A DNA stretch of 58,261 nt, the filler included, from Dugesia japonica (taxonomy: Eukaryota): NCBI GenBank assembly GCA_001938525.1. It is 5 parts of 5 records of this genome, joined end to end, with 100 filler letters (N's around TTAATTAATTAA, not from the genome) between each part and the next. Parts side by side here need not be neighbours in the genome. Positions count along the whole stretch, not along the records: positions 1 to 11,897 come from MQRL01647138.1; 4 more parts are not named here. One strand, given 5' to 3'. Positions 1 through 11,997 of the stretch are shown piece after piece (the first letter of the stretch is position 1; each line of letters starts with the position of its first letter). Both the position numbers and the translations under genes were made by a program. The notes beneath the pieces were generated by a model. That model did no database searches, had not been told where the DNA came from, and worked only from the letters and a program-made list of their open reading frames with translations.

Positions 1-180
1 TAATTTCATTTCTTTTTTATTTCAATTTAATTAATTTTCTTCTGTTACTTAATTAATTTCTTTTTTGCTTTTTCGTCGTTGACCAATATAAATTAGTAAT
101 TTTCTTAATTAATTATGATGGTGGTTGGTTATGTTATTCATATTTATCAACTTTCTTCATTTTTCGTTATCTTTTGACGA

Positions 181-263
181 TATTGGGGTAGCACCTTTTC
201 CTTATTTCGTGTTTGACGACCCCATGGGTTTGGTTCTCATTATCTGGGTGTTTCACCCCAACA
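181..263. repeat. 83-nt imperfect inverted repeat/hairpin ending ACCCCAACA; probable terminus of a relative of the 18819-22992 repeat family
   Basis: TATTGGGGTAGCACC (181) can pair with GGTGTTTCACCCCAACA (to 263); same CCCCAA(C/T)A end as 22992 and 31221. Confidence 0.5.
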
Positions 264-409
264 CATGTTTAATACGTAAAAAATAACAATAAAAAATTTT
301 GTATTGTGAAGGTAAATTTCAAAACCAAAAAAGGAATTCGACTTTTAAGGTTTACTTATGTAGGTGTCTTTTGTTTGTAATTTTTTCAAATATAATAAAA
401 TTTAAAAAC

Positions 410-645
410 AATAAAATCAAAGAATATACTTGTAATGATTGTAAAGAAAGATTTGATGGTAAAATTAATTTATATAAACATTTAGACTTAGGTTAATGTA
501 GAATCATTTTTATAATGAATGGCAATGTTATTGTTGTAATAAAAAATTAAAGATTAGTAAAAGTAAATTTAAAAAACATAAAAAATTATGTCTTATAAAT
601 AAATTAAAACCACCCGGTGTTGTTTTATTTAAAAGAGGAAATTGA
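410..645 (+). pseudogene. Disrupted two-finger zinc-finger ORF
   Basis: YTCNDCKERFDGKINLYKHL, then after a stop/frameshift WQCYCCNKKLKISKSKFKKHKKLC. Confidence 0.5.
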
Positions 646-795
646 AGAACTTCATAAATATTATGTTAAAAATTTTATATATTGAAATCATCATAAAAAA
701 TAGTTTTTGTTATTTTGTATTTATAGAAATGCGAATGCTAACGCAAACAAAAATACAAATGGATTTTTAATTTTATTATTTTCTATTACTTGAAA

Positions 796-1107
796 ATGGT
801 TTCTAATAATATGAGTGAAGAAGAATTTTATAAACTCTTAAAAAGTTATAATTTTATGGAAAATTCAGTTTTGAGTTTTTCTAAACAAAATGATGTAAAT
901 GAAAAAACAGTAATAAAATATTTAAGAGAATTAAATATTCCATATAATAGAAGAATAAATATTAAGGGACAATATGAAAATCAAAATGAAAATGAAAACC
1001 AAATTTCTAAAACTCTAAAAATCCCCATCGATTATAATAAAATGAGTGATTCCGATTTTTTAAAACATGTTGAAAAAACAATAAGAGGTTGTGTAAATCT
1101 TAAGTGA
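796..1107 (+). CDS. Small putative helix-turn-helix protein, probably element/virus-encoded
   Basis: Open ATG-TGA frame; SVLSFSKQNDVNEKTVIKYLRELNI resembles the HTH-like segment of 1717-1959. Confidence 0.45.
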   Translation: MVSNNMSEEEFYKLLKSYNFMENSVLSFSKQNDVNEKTVIKYLRELNIPYNRRINIKGQYENQNENENQISKTLKIPIDYNKMSDSDFLKHVEKTIRGCVNLK

Positions 1108-1132
1108 TTTTGTTATTTTATCACTTAGAAAA

Positions 1133-1487
1133 ATGGAAGTTTATTGCAGATGTAAAACAAGATCTAAAATTAATGAATAATCTAAAACATGATTATATTC
1201 AAGTTATGAATTCTACCCCTCAAGAAAAAACTTTAATATTAAAAGATATATATCCAAAATTTTAATTATTTGAAGAAGCTGTAATTATAGCAGGTAATGC
1301 AATTTATGATTTAGTTATTGAAAATGAAACTTTGAAAGATGAATTAGAAAAAGTAGCTGAATATGATGAAGAAAAAATAAATAGATTAACTGCTTAAAAG
1401 AAAATAGAAGAAGATAATAATAAAACTGATAAAATATTAAATGCTCTAAGAAAATCAAATATCAAAACAAAACAATTACTTAAATAA
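1133..1487 (+). pseudogene. Decayed small coiled-coil ORF
   Basis: Near-continuous frame (…LVIENETLKDELEKVAEYDEEKINRL…) with a 5' frameshift and two in-frame TAA. Confidence 0.4.
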
Positions 1488-1716
1488 AATTACTCTAGAA
1501 AATTCCTGTAGAAAAAATTACAAAAGAAATAAATGATTGTATAAAAAATGTTAATAATTTAAATAAAAAATGTGAAAATCAAGAATATATAATTATATTT
1601 TTAGTAATATTGGATAACAAATCGATATTTCGAACTGGTCTTCGTCAGAATATTTTTAGTAATTATTATTTGCATAATTATTTCAATTTTTATAATTTAT
1701 TATATTAATAAAGAAA

Positions 1717-1959
1717 ATGGCTGTAGAAAACAAAAAATATTTGTGTGAAAATGTTGTGGATTATATTAATTATGCAAACAACTGTGATTCATAGTTTTTA
1801 AATAAATCTCAAAAGATTTTTATAGCATGTAAATATCAAGAACTTGTTTTTAAAGATCAAAACTTAAAAGATTCCGTCATAGCTAAAAAAATGGGGATAT
1901 CTGTTCAAATGTTGAATAAACATTTAAGAGAATTAAATTTGAAACCTCAGAGAAAATGA
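1717..1959 (+). pseudogene. Small HTH protein with one in-frame stop
   Basis: MAVENKKY…DS*FLNK…DSVIAKKMGISVQMLNKHLRELNL; IAKKMGIS is a typical HTH turn. Confidence 0.55.
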
Positions 1960-2059
1960 TATCCAAGAGTAAAATATTCTTTTGATGAAAAGTCTCAAAA
2001 ATATATTAAAAATAATTATGGTGATTATTTATTACATCTATTTAATAATAATTAATAAT

Positions 2060-2530
2060 TTTCTTTGTTATAGTTGCATCAGTTATGCATTTTCTTTGTT
2101 ATGTTGCATTATTGTTTCATTTTCCTTATTTAAATTGATTTCATGTTGCATTTTCCTAGTTATAGTTGAATTCATATAGCATTTTCTTTATTATAATTTC
2201 ATTCGTGTTGTCTTGTCTTTGTTATCATTGCATTCATGTTAATAGGAAAACATAATAGCATGTCACCTCTTCCAGTCGGGAAGAAATTTTTTTTCCCAAG
2301 TTCATTGATGTTTTTTTCTTTAATGCATCGATTATTTTTAGGTAATAGAATATTTTTGTGGAAGTTCTATACAAGTTTTAAATTATTTCACTGACTTATA
2401 TGTAATTTTTGTTTTTTTAATGTTTGTAGACTTCTTTGTAATTTATAAAATATTTCAACGACTTCTATGTAATTTATTAGAAATTGTAATGACTTCTTTG
2501 TAATTTTGGACACATTTTAACGACATCTAA
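2060..2530. repeat. Two degenerate ~31-nt-period tandem arrays
   Basis: TTCTTTGTT-like units at 2061/2092/2122/2153/2184/2215; GACTT-like units at 2429/2460/2491/2522. Confidence 0.75.
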
Positions 2531-2613
2531 TTAATACAGATGAGATATCTTTGCAAAGATAACACACAATAGACAATTATATGAAAGATTTTTTTAAATC
2601 ACAACAGTTTTTA

Positions 2614-3016
2614 TTACACACTTGAAAATCCAATCAATATGTCTTCATCAGTCATTTCTTTATCATTTATTTCCTCATTGGACTGTGAATCAGTCATTTC
2701 TTCACAAATTATATCTTTATTTGTACTTGTGTCAGACATTACATCATCAGAAATATCACCATTTGGAGACATATCGATTATTTCCTCATCAATAATGACA
2801 TCAATCAATTTCGTATCAATAATGACATCATTTGGTTGAGTATTGCTCAAATCCTTTTCTTTCGATGCATCTATTTTAACTATTTCTTCATCATTTTCTT
2901 GAAAATCATCTACTATTAAATATTTATTTAGATTAATATTAGTTATTATTATTATTACCTTGAACCGATGAAGTTAGATGTTCAATCATATCGTCTATAA
3001 TATTAAACAAATCCAT
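2614..3016 (-). CDS. Predicted two-exon, 118-aa highly acidic protein (exons 3016-2959, 2912-2614)
   Basis: ATG at 3016; 46-nt GT-AG intron 2958-2913 joins in frame to the 2614-2850 ORF; about 35 D/E vs 6 K. Confidence 0.55.
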
Positions 3017-3149
3017 TACTAATCAGTTGTTAAGTTTATATCAGTCCTTTGTTTATCTTACATTTTCATTGCTTAACANGTATTTATGGTGCACATAAGG
3101 ATTAATATGTATAAAGTTTAAATATTCCCACGGGAAACTTTAATATTAA

Positions 3150-4640
3150 TAATTTTAATAGATGAGTATATTAGTGTACAATGTGTATTATATGATCCTA
3201 TTTGGTTTATTGTATATATTTACCGATATGTATTGGGTTTATTGTATCTTTTAACTAGTTCGGTTGATGTATTTGTATGTATTTAATGTTATTAGGTTTA
3301 TTGCAAGTGTATTATATGAAATTATTAGGTTTATTGTATGTATTATATGACGATATTGAGTTAATTGTATGTATTATACGGCAATATTGAGTTTGCTATG
3401 TAGTTATTACTCCATAAGAATTATTGAATGAAATTAAGAAACTCTATTGAGTTACGTGTGTGAATTATATAAATTTATATAGTTTATAGTGTGCATTGTA
3501 TAAATCTTTAAGGTTTATAGCGTATATTATACCTTTTGGGTTTATTATGCGTATAAAGTCCATTGGGTTTTCTATATATAAGCCTCGTTAGGTTTATTAT
3601 GTGTATAATACCCATTGATTTCATGTGTGTATAAAGTCCATTAGGTTTTATGTATATAAGACATATNNNNNNNNNNNNNNNNNNNNNNNNNNNNNNNNNN
3701 NNNNNNNNNNNNNNNNNNNNNNNNNNNNNNTGTATTTAAGTGACTTTATTTGGGTATTTGTATGTATATTATATGACTATATTGAATTCATTGTAAGTAT
3801 TATATAACTACATTAAGTTTATTGTATGTTTTTATTTGTATGTATTTATTTGTATGTATTAGGTGTATTTTGTGTATTTAAAAGAATTTATTGGGTTGTG
3901 TGTGTATTATATGACCATATTGAGTTAATTGTATGTTTTATATGACTATATGGTATATTGTGTGCATTTAAATGATTTTATTAGGTTAAATATATGTATT
4001 ACATGGCATTATTGTATGCAATTTATGGTATTATTTCGTGTATTGTGTGCATTATAGGGTACATCATATGTATTATATGAAAATGTAGAGTATATTATGT
4101 GTGTATTTTATCACTATATTAGGTTAATTGTCTGTATTATATGACTTTATTGATCTTAATGTGTATATAATAAGAACCTATTGGATTTATTGTATGAATC
4201 TTGTGACACCTATACAAAACATTACTTGATATCATGTAATTATTGTGTATATAATATCCATTGGTTTACTGTTTAGAAGACTCAATTAGTTTACTGTGTA
4301 TGAAGCACTATTGAGTTTTTTAATAGACATACACCTATGTTATGTTACGGAATAATACATAGACATCTATACTATGTCTAAGAATATAACATATACATCT
4401 ATGTTATGTTTGAAAACATAATATAGATGTATATGTAATTTATGTAAACTTTTCTTGACTTCTATGCAATATTTGTCTTATTTTTCCTATTTTTATTTAG
4501 GAATTTGTAAACGTTTAGCTACATTTACGTCATGTTTGAAAATATAACATAGATATCTATGTAATGTTTGAAAATATTACATAGACATACATACAATTTT
4601 TCAATACATTACATGAACATCTATACAATTTCCAAATATT
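3150..4640. repeat. Degenerate 31-nt then 32-nt periodic arrays
   Basis: ATTATATGA-like units at 3311/3342/3373, 3768/3799, 3906/3937; CATAG-like units at 4548/4580/4612. Confidence 0.75.
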
Positions 4641-5103
4641 TGATCAATAAGCACATATAAAACCCTACAAAACACAATAATAACATATAAATCCTATAAT
4701 TGTAATAAAAACCTAGTAAAATCCTATAAGACCATATAAAATCTTATAATATAATTACCCTTTAAACCTAATAATAATAATAATAATATAAAAACTTTAA
4801 AGAAACCATATAGTTACCATATAATCACCTTAAAAAATCTAATAATTATCTTATAAAACCCTATAGAAAACCATATTGAAGTTAGTTTAATATGTTTCAT
4901 GAAATTTATGAAGATTTGTAGGAACTTTGTATATTTTCTTAATAAAATGATATGTAAATTGTACAGATTAGGCGAGTTAATAGGTTTTTGAATGTTCTGT
5001 ATACATTTAATATATAGATTTCTTTGAATTATTTGCGTTTATATGATGTAATTTTTGAATGTATGCTGTTTATTGTTTCATTGAATGCATTTGGTTCATT
5101 GCA

Positions 5104-5354
5104 TGAGTTTAATGAATATATTAGTTTTTCATAACTCAAATAACTTTTCAGGGACATATGGTAGATATTTACTAGATGTCCCTAAATTATGTCGAAAGGT
5201 TACCAGAGATCTGGTAATTTTTGCAAAACGTTACCAGAAGTCCTTAAATATTTTTAAAAAGTTACTTAATATTATGTATTTATTTCTAAATATTTACTAT
5301 ATATCCCTGAAAAGTTATTAGAGTTATGAAAAACTAATACATTCATTAAAATCA
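5104..5354. repeat. Foldback element with 68-nt inverted arms
   Basis: 5104-5171 is the reverse complement of 5287-5354 (6 mismatches by eye); internal TTACCAGA-GA-TCTGGTAA hairpin. Confidence 0.85.
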
Positions 5355-6409
5355 TTCATTAATGTAACTTTAACAAAGAAAATTCAACATTAATTCAACT
5401 ATAGTAATGAAAGTGCAACAGGAATTCAATCAAACAAAGAACATGAATTATATTTGTGCAACATGAATGCAATGAAAATGCACTATAAATCAAAGTTTTA
5501 ATAAGGTTCCTTTAGAATATTATGGGATTTTATAAGTTATCTTTATAGTTTTACATATTCCTAAAGAGTTTTATAAGATTTTATTGGTTTGAAAATGTTT
5601 TTAAAGTTCATAAGATTTTAATTAATAAATTTTAAATTAGTATTAAATTAATTTTTGTTGAAGTATATTTTATTAAAAATGGCTGATAATTAATTATTAT
5701 TACATGGAAATTATTATATTTATTTGTTTTACTGAGCTAAATTAATAAAATGGTAGATGCCCTTGAAAAATCTATTATAAATAAGTGAATATTTATTTGT
5801 TAATTTTTTTTGATGATTTGTTTTTAATTTTAGATATAAACAGAATGAATTCACAGAAAAATATTTCAAGAAACATGACGAGAAGCTTTAACATGGTAAG
5901 CTTAATTAATTAATTTATTGTTATTGATTTATATTTTAATATGAAAAAATAAATGATGTGTTTGAAGAATTTTATGGCAATATGACAAAGAAATTTATGA
6001 AAGAGGTTAGATTTATTAAGATTCAATTTAAGGTTAATGACTTTCGTTAATATAAGTGAATGCTTTTATTTTATTAATTTTAAGTTAATGATTTTATCTT
6101 ATTTTAATTATAATTTCATTTCAATTTTTATTATAATGATTTAAACTTTACATAATATTATCAAATTTTAACTTTATAATTTTAACTTAATTTAATGATT
6201 TTAATTAAACTTAATGATTTAACTTATTGTTATAACTTAATTATTATGAAAAGAAGCACATTCACAGGTTATTTATATATTATTTTAATATATTATTTTT
6301 AACATTGTCTGAGAAGCATCTAATCTTAATATTGTACGTAGCAATTATTATTGATATGAATTTAGCCCGGGGGAAATTTACTTAAAAATTAGAAAATTTA
6401 AACAAAATA

Positions 6410-6850
6410 AGTAAGATCTCCATCACAAGAAAACAACAATCTGCGCTTGGTTGGACTGCGAATATTTGTTCTACTGAGAAATGCTAGTGAAGAAGAATGA
6501 TGTAGATAAGAAACGCTATGTTGTCAAACTTTATCGAGTTAACGAAATAATTTAGCAGAAAAAGGTCGATCATCAGGACAATCATACTTCTTCAAGACAA
6601 TGCGAAACTACACATTGTAATCATCATAAATGAGATGTTATACTACATACTCAATACTTTCCAGACTTTGTAACAACGGATTATCACCTCTCCCCCATAA
6701 TGATGAGCGAAATGAGAGAAATGTCTTTCGTCAACGATAAAGACCTCAAAAACTGATTTATACAATTCTTCAACAAATATCCAAACTATTTTTAGGAGAG
6801 ACGGCAATAACAAGTTGGTTAATAGGTGGCAAAAGGTCGCAATAACATTT
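6410..6850 (+). mobile_element. Mariner transposase C-terminal remnant
   Basis: IILLQDNAKLH; DVILHTQYFPDFVTTDYHL (cf. HPPYSPDLAPSDYHL); GNNKLVNRWQKV; many stops. Confidence 0.8.
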
Positions 6851-6851
6851 A

Positions 6852-9182
6852 GGCCTAAAAATATCCACTCTTTATATTTCTTACCCTTACTCTCATCCTT
6901 GAATTTTTTGATGGCACTGTTTAAATCGTATGAGTAAAGAGGATGGTTTGTGCTATAATTGGACATGTCCAATATCTGATCTCTTACCATCAGTCCGGTT
7001 AGTTTTTCCAAACTAATATTTACAACCTCCAGGAAAAAATTATCCATATCGCCGGCTACAATATTTATTGTACAATTTTCTTCTATCCTGTACTTTTCCA
7101 ACTGATTTTATTGTAATTGATACATTCAGAGTTTTGATAGGTCCAGTACAGTCTGTCCGATGTAGCTCGGTTGATTCAAACAAACAATGTCCTTATTAAG
7201 AAGAACAGCTATTAGGTTCTGATCTATTTTTATAGTTTTCCTAAAACTAGCTTTTGACGTATATGTCATCAGCTTTTTGTTTGAATTGCACAAGTGCAAA
7301 TTTATTCTTTTTTTCAAATTCTCTACAGACTTACCGTACAGACTATTATTTAATAACTTGTACTAGTTTTTATCTAATTCTGTTGTACATTGTGATCTCA
7401 GTATTATATTTTTTCTAATGTATTCTTCAAAAATCAGGTTCCATTTTGGAAATGCACTTAATCCATATTTAAGAATATGATGAAGATCATACCCTTTTAA
7501 GTTGTGAAATACAACCGGTAGTTGTATATTCACTCTTCTGGTTAAATTACATTTCAAACAGGCGGCTCCTTTATTTTCTCATGTGAAATGATCGTGATCA
7601 CGAATGGGGTCTATTATCTCTTTTTTGCATAAATAACAATTTTTGCTCCTATTAAATTCCAATTGTTGAGCCGGTGTAATTTTCATTTTCTTTTTTCCAT
7701 TTTGTGCATAATATGGATACTCCACATTTTTACTTTTATTCTCGATTTCCTTCAAAACTTCATAGATACAATCATTTCCAACAAACTGGCTGTATTTGCT
7801 TACGTTGGTAAAATTATTTACCAACAAAAGTCTAACCAAAACTGGTAAATGTTTTTGGAAATGACGATCATCCGCCGGGAGAACTGATTCAAAATCAGCG
7901 TATATTACAAATGGGGGAGTGACGGTTTTAGAGTAATCATTAAACTATAAATCTTTCTCTGACGGCATTGTATATAGTGTTGTGCCGGATTGTATTCGTT
8001 CGCAAATTGCTTGATGCTTGTTGTAAGCATTGTTGTTGCTGAATCCGTTTAGGCACATTTCGCATCAGAGTGACTGTATTCGTTCCCCGTTCTTTTTGAT
8101 ATCCCGATTCATTAATCTATTGAGATTCATTACCACCGTGTAATGAAATCTGTTTCCTTTTTCTAATAATAATAAGTTTATTTTTTCTCTATCACATTTA
8201 GACCCATGTATAATGTCTAAATTTGGGGTGTTGCATTACTACATCTTCAATAATCAGTTCATCATCATTCCAGGATAACAAGTTGATAGATAAACCTGGA
8301 TTTTCTCTCTCAAATTTGGGTATGTCTGTCAATTTTATAGGTAAATCTTCTTCATCATATACTAGTTCCGACAAGTACTTACTATATTTGCTAGCTCTGC
8401 ATTTATTGTTTCCAATTGAATTTTGCTTAAGTATAGCCAATATACTATACAGGAAACATTTATTATCTGTGTTCTGAACATTTATAATAGCCATTTTCTT
8501 GTTCAGTTTCCTAGGAGTTGGAATATAACTGTGTCCACTCAATCTACTCATATTTGCTATTTTACTTATTTTGAAATTAACTTCAAGGATTCTGCTCAAA
8601 TTCCAACTTGATCCTATTTCATTTCGTATCCCAATTTTCTCATTTAGTGGATTTATTCAATGAAAAATGTATCACTTAATGGAACGGCACGATTAGACAT
8701 CCGACACGTTTTTAAATCTTCTTCTTTAACAAATTTGACATTGATGCCGAATTGTATTTTAACATCTCACAGCTCCTCTATCGTTTTATTTAGTTGATCA
8801 ATCAATGAATCCGGTAAAACTATTTCCGTTGTATTCCATGATGAGATATCAACTTTTAAAATCTAATGATAACGATACAAATCCATTTCAATTCCCACAT
8901 CGTTTATCGATCCACCAACAAAACACTCTTCCGGACCACTTATTTCATTATGTAAAATTTCTTTTAATAGTGTATTTTTTATTTAATGTGAACTGTGCTA
9001 TGTGGTCTAGATATGTAATCCATAGAAATTTATGTATGCACCTAAATCTGCAGACCGACAAGTCGGACATATGTAGTACTTTTTCTCACAAAACGTTTGC
9101 CCATAATATTTTCCCNNNNNNNNNNNNNNNNNNNNNNNNNNNNNNNAATTGCAACAATATTGCTTGTATGTTGCACATCGGT
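6852..9182 (-). pseudogene. Polinton/Maverick/adintovirus-type protein-primed family-B DNA polymerase, decayed and internally deleted
   Basis: GSSW…GHSYIPTP…IINVQNTDNKCF; PFVIYADFES; EndoVII-like CYLC…RDHDHFT…CLKCN; VVFHNLKGYD; KLLNNSLYGK; YIGQTVLDLSK; GDMDN (degenerate DTDS); HPLYS…KFKDE. Confidence 0.9.
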
Positions 9183-9699
9183 CTAAAAGTAATATTTGAT
9201 TTTAATACTATGTTAAAGAACGAGATTAAAAAGTAATTATTAATAAATCAAATTTTATTATTTAAGTAATAATAACTAATTTATAATAAGTTTCATTTAT
9301 AAATTAAACTTGTATGCAATATAAATGCAACTAAAAAAAAGAAAAATTTAAAATTGTATTATAAATGCATATTGAATGCAATATGAATACAAATATAACA
9401 AAGATGTATTAAAAATGCATCTTTCGGATTAGTAAAATATACTATGTTATTAAATATATTTTACTTTGAATTTAATAAATATATTTTTTTACTTTGAAAA
9501 TTAATTATTACTTATAAGTAAAATAAATTATTAAATAAATCATAATAATAATATTGATTAATGATCATTAATAATTAAATAAACATAATAAATAAATCAT
9601 AAAATAATAAAAATGATATTAATAATCTTAATAAATTATAATAATAATAATTTTTTTTTAAAAATCAAAATATATTGATATTAATCAATATCCAGTGCG

Positions 9700-10418
9700 C
9701 TACTATCTACCTACTACCGATGATGCCATCTGACCTGGCTGAAGCCACTGTCTTTTGATAATAGGATATTTGAGATATATCCACTTTTTATCACCAGTTA
9801 TGATTCGTCTCCAGAACCTGTCATCTTTAGGATTATCCAACAATCTCTAATTTCTTCTCTCCTTTGTGCTTGTTGTTCAGAAAGTTCATGGCAAAGAAAT
9901 CTGGTTTTCTTATTTGAAAAACCAAGTTTGTGAAGGTGCCGAACAATAGTTGATTGAGACGTCTCAAGTTGAGTAGACAGTATGCGAGTGCTGGTGTCTG
10001 GCCTTTGTTGAATGCCTTGTAACAAAGCTTCATTTAACAGAACCGATGGCCTTCCAGAACGTGATTTGTCTTCCAGAATAATATCGCCTTCTTTAAATCT
10101 ACGAAACCATTATCTTACAGTGGCTTTTGAGACTATCCCAGGACCTTCAATTTCACATATTTTCATGGCTGTTGCTCTTACGCTTAGACTGTGTTTCCAA
10201 TAATGACGCAGGATACAGAGAATTATGATTTTTTCGTCCGCCATTTCGTCAGCCTCGATAATAAAGATTTTTTTGAAATTAAATCTATAAGAATTGACTT
10301 AGTATAAAAAAATAGATATAAATAAAATATAATAATACAATTGTTTTAAAATAATGATAATTTTTTTTAATTAAAATAGACAAAACATAGAGTGTCTGGA
10401 AAGTTTTGACTCAACCTA
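9700..10418 (-). mobile_element. Mariner 5' half (TIR + N-terminal transposase)
   Basis: ATG at 10244: …WFRRFKEGD…RSGRP…CHELS…RIITGDKKWI; TIR-like TAGGTTGAGTCAAAACTTTCC at 10418. Confidence 0.85.
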
Positions 10419-11059
10419 GCAAGATTGTATACGAAAGATTTGTTCCCAATCCAATGTTATTAAAATTTAAAGAAGTTTATTTTGTTTACTTTATAAGCAA
10501 TTCATAAAAGTATAATAAAATAAATGATTTTAAGTTGTATCTCATCTATTAGGAGAACAAATTAAAATCGATATTCATTTAAAAAGAATGAACTAATTAA
10601 ACAAAATTGAATGCAAGTTTGTTTAGAACAACGATACATGTAAATAATAATATGTTATGCTAATATTTATATCGAGGAAACCTTCTTACTAAAAATAAAT
10701 TTAGTATTAGAGTATATAACTTACACCGGTTTTTCATTGAAATAACTAAAGAAAAACATTTCGTACAACTTTCAAGCTCAAATCATATTGAAATTATAAA
10801 GTATTTAATTTCCAGTTATAAACAAATTCTAATAACGGAGGTGTTAAAATGTCAATCGATGTATTGTCATCAACTGAATTGTTTACATATATTTTGGCAA
10901 CAGTTTCAAAGTAATGCAGCAGGCATAATGAATATGAATTAATAAACAAACAAACGATAAATAATAATTTCGTTATAATATTTAAGATATTTATGAAGAG
11001 CACAAATTATTAATTTATAAATAAGTTAATTAAAAATATAATATCTCAAAAAAATTGAC

Positions 11060-11355
11060 AACGTTTTCATAAAAATAAAAGAACGATATTTATCAAAATA
11101 TTTATTAGCTGCAAATAGTTTCGACGGAATAACCGTCATCATCAGGCAATGATGATTAAAATAAACTATTTATTAAGTTTAAATGATTATACACTTTTAA
11201 TTGTGCATTCTCAATAAATAATCAATAAAATCATTTTAAAAGAGATGTTAAACTGGTCAACTATAAATTAATTTTAGGATGTAATGCTCATATCAATAAA
11301 GCTTCACACATCACTCTATCCCAATAATTATTGAATCCACTGCACAATACAAAAT
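11060..11355 (-). mobile_element. Penelope-like retroelement 3' end (GIY-YIG C-terminus + pseudo-LTR)
   Basis: NNYWDRVMCEALLI*ALHPKIN (cf. EALxIxxxxPxLN), followed by a hammerhead-like motif and AATAAA. Confidence 0.7.
11110..11148 (-). ncRNA. Degenerate minimal type I hammerhead ribozyme
   Basis: UGC-CUGAUGA-U-GACGG-UUAUU-CCGUC-GAAA-CUAUUU-GCA; stem II perfect, 3-bp stem I, stem III has a C-U mismatch. Confidence 0.65.
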
Positions 11356-11897
11356 AATTATCTTTATTTGATTTATATATATTTTATTTCATTTAATTTT
11401 TCTTCACTCAAATTATGAGTAATTAAAATTTATTTCTTCAAATAGAAATATATATATATATATATATACTCCTACAGAATTAGCATTCAGTTCATCATAA
11501 CTTTTTATATTCTAACGAATTCAATTTCACAATTAAATAATAAAAGAAATACCTGATTAAAATTAAACTATAAAATACAAATAACAATTAATTAATCAAT
11601 ATTTATTGTATAATTATGATTTATAAATTATTAGAACTTACAAACATTAATTGAAACTTAACAAAAATGGATTTATAAATATAAATATTAACAAAAATGT
11701 TTAAAAAATTATTTAGTAAATCTATTAATAAAATTATTAAAAGTTTACGAAGAAAAATATAATTGCGCATTGGTTTCCTGTGTATAAGAAAGAAAAATGA
11801 AGGAGATAGAAAAAAAAATAAAACTGATCACAAAATTACAAAATAGTTCAAATAGTTTAAGCAATAGATTGGAATGGTGAAATTATTATTATTATTA

Positions 11898-11997
11898 NNN
11901 NNNNNNNNNNNNNNNNNNNNNNNNNNNNNNNNNNNNNNNNNTTAATTAATTAANNNNNNNNNNNNNNNNNNNNNNNNNNNNNNNNNNNNNNNNNNNN
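11898..11997. other. Artificial 100-nt assembly spacer
   Basis: 44 N + TTAATTAATTAA + 44 N; identical spacer occurs four times. Confidence 0.97.

Noticed and set aside
1133-1959. Alternative genetic code (in-frame TAA/TAG as Gln) suggested by many relic ORFs
   Set aside because: The 774-codon TARBP1 and 288-codon HAD frames have no internal stops, and relics also carry frameshifts; this is decay.
6643-6850. Hydrophobic C-terminal extension of PolB
   Set aside because: It is the antisense reading of a mariner fragment.
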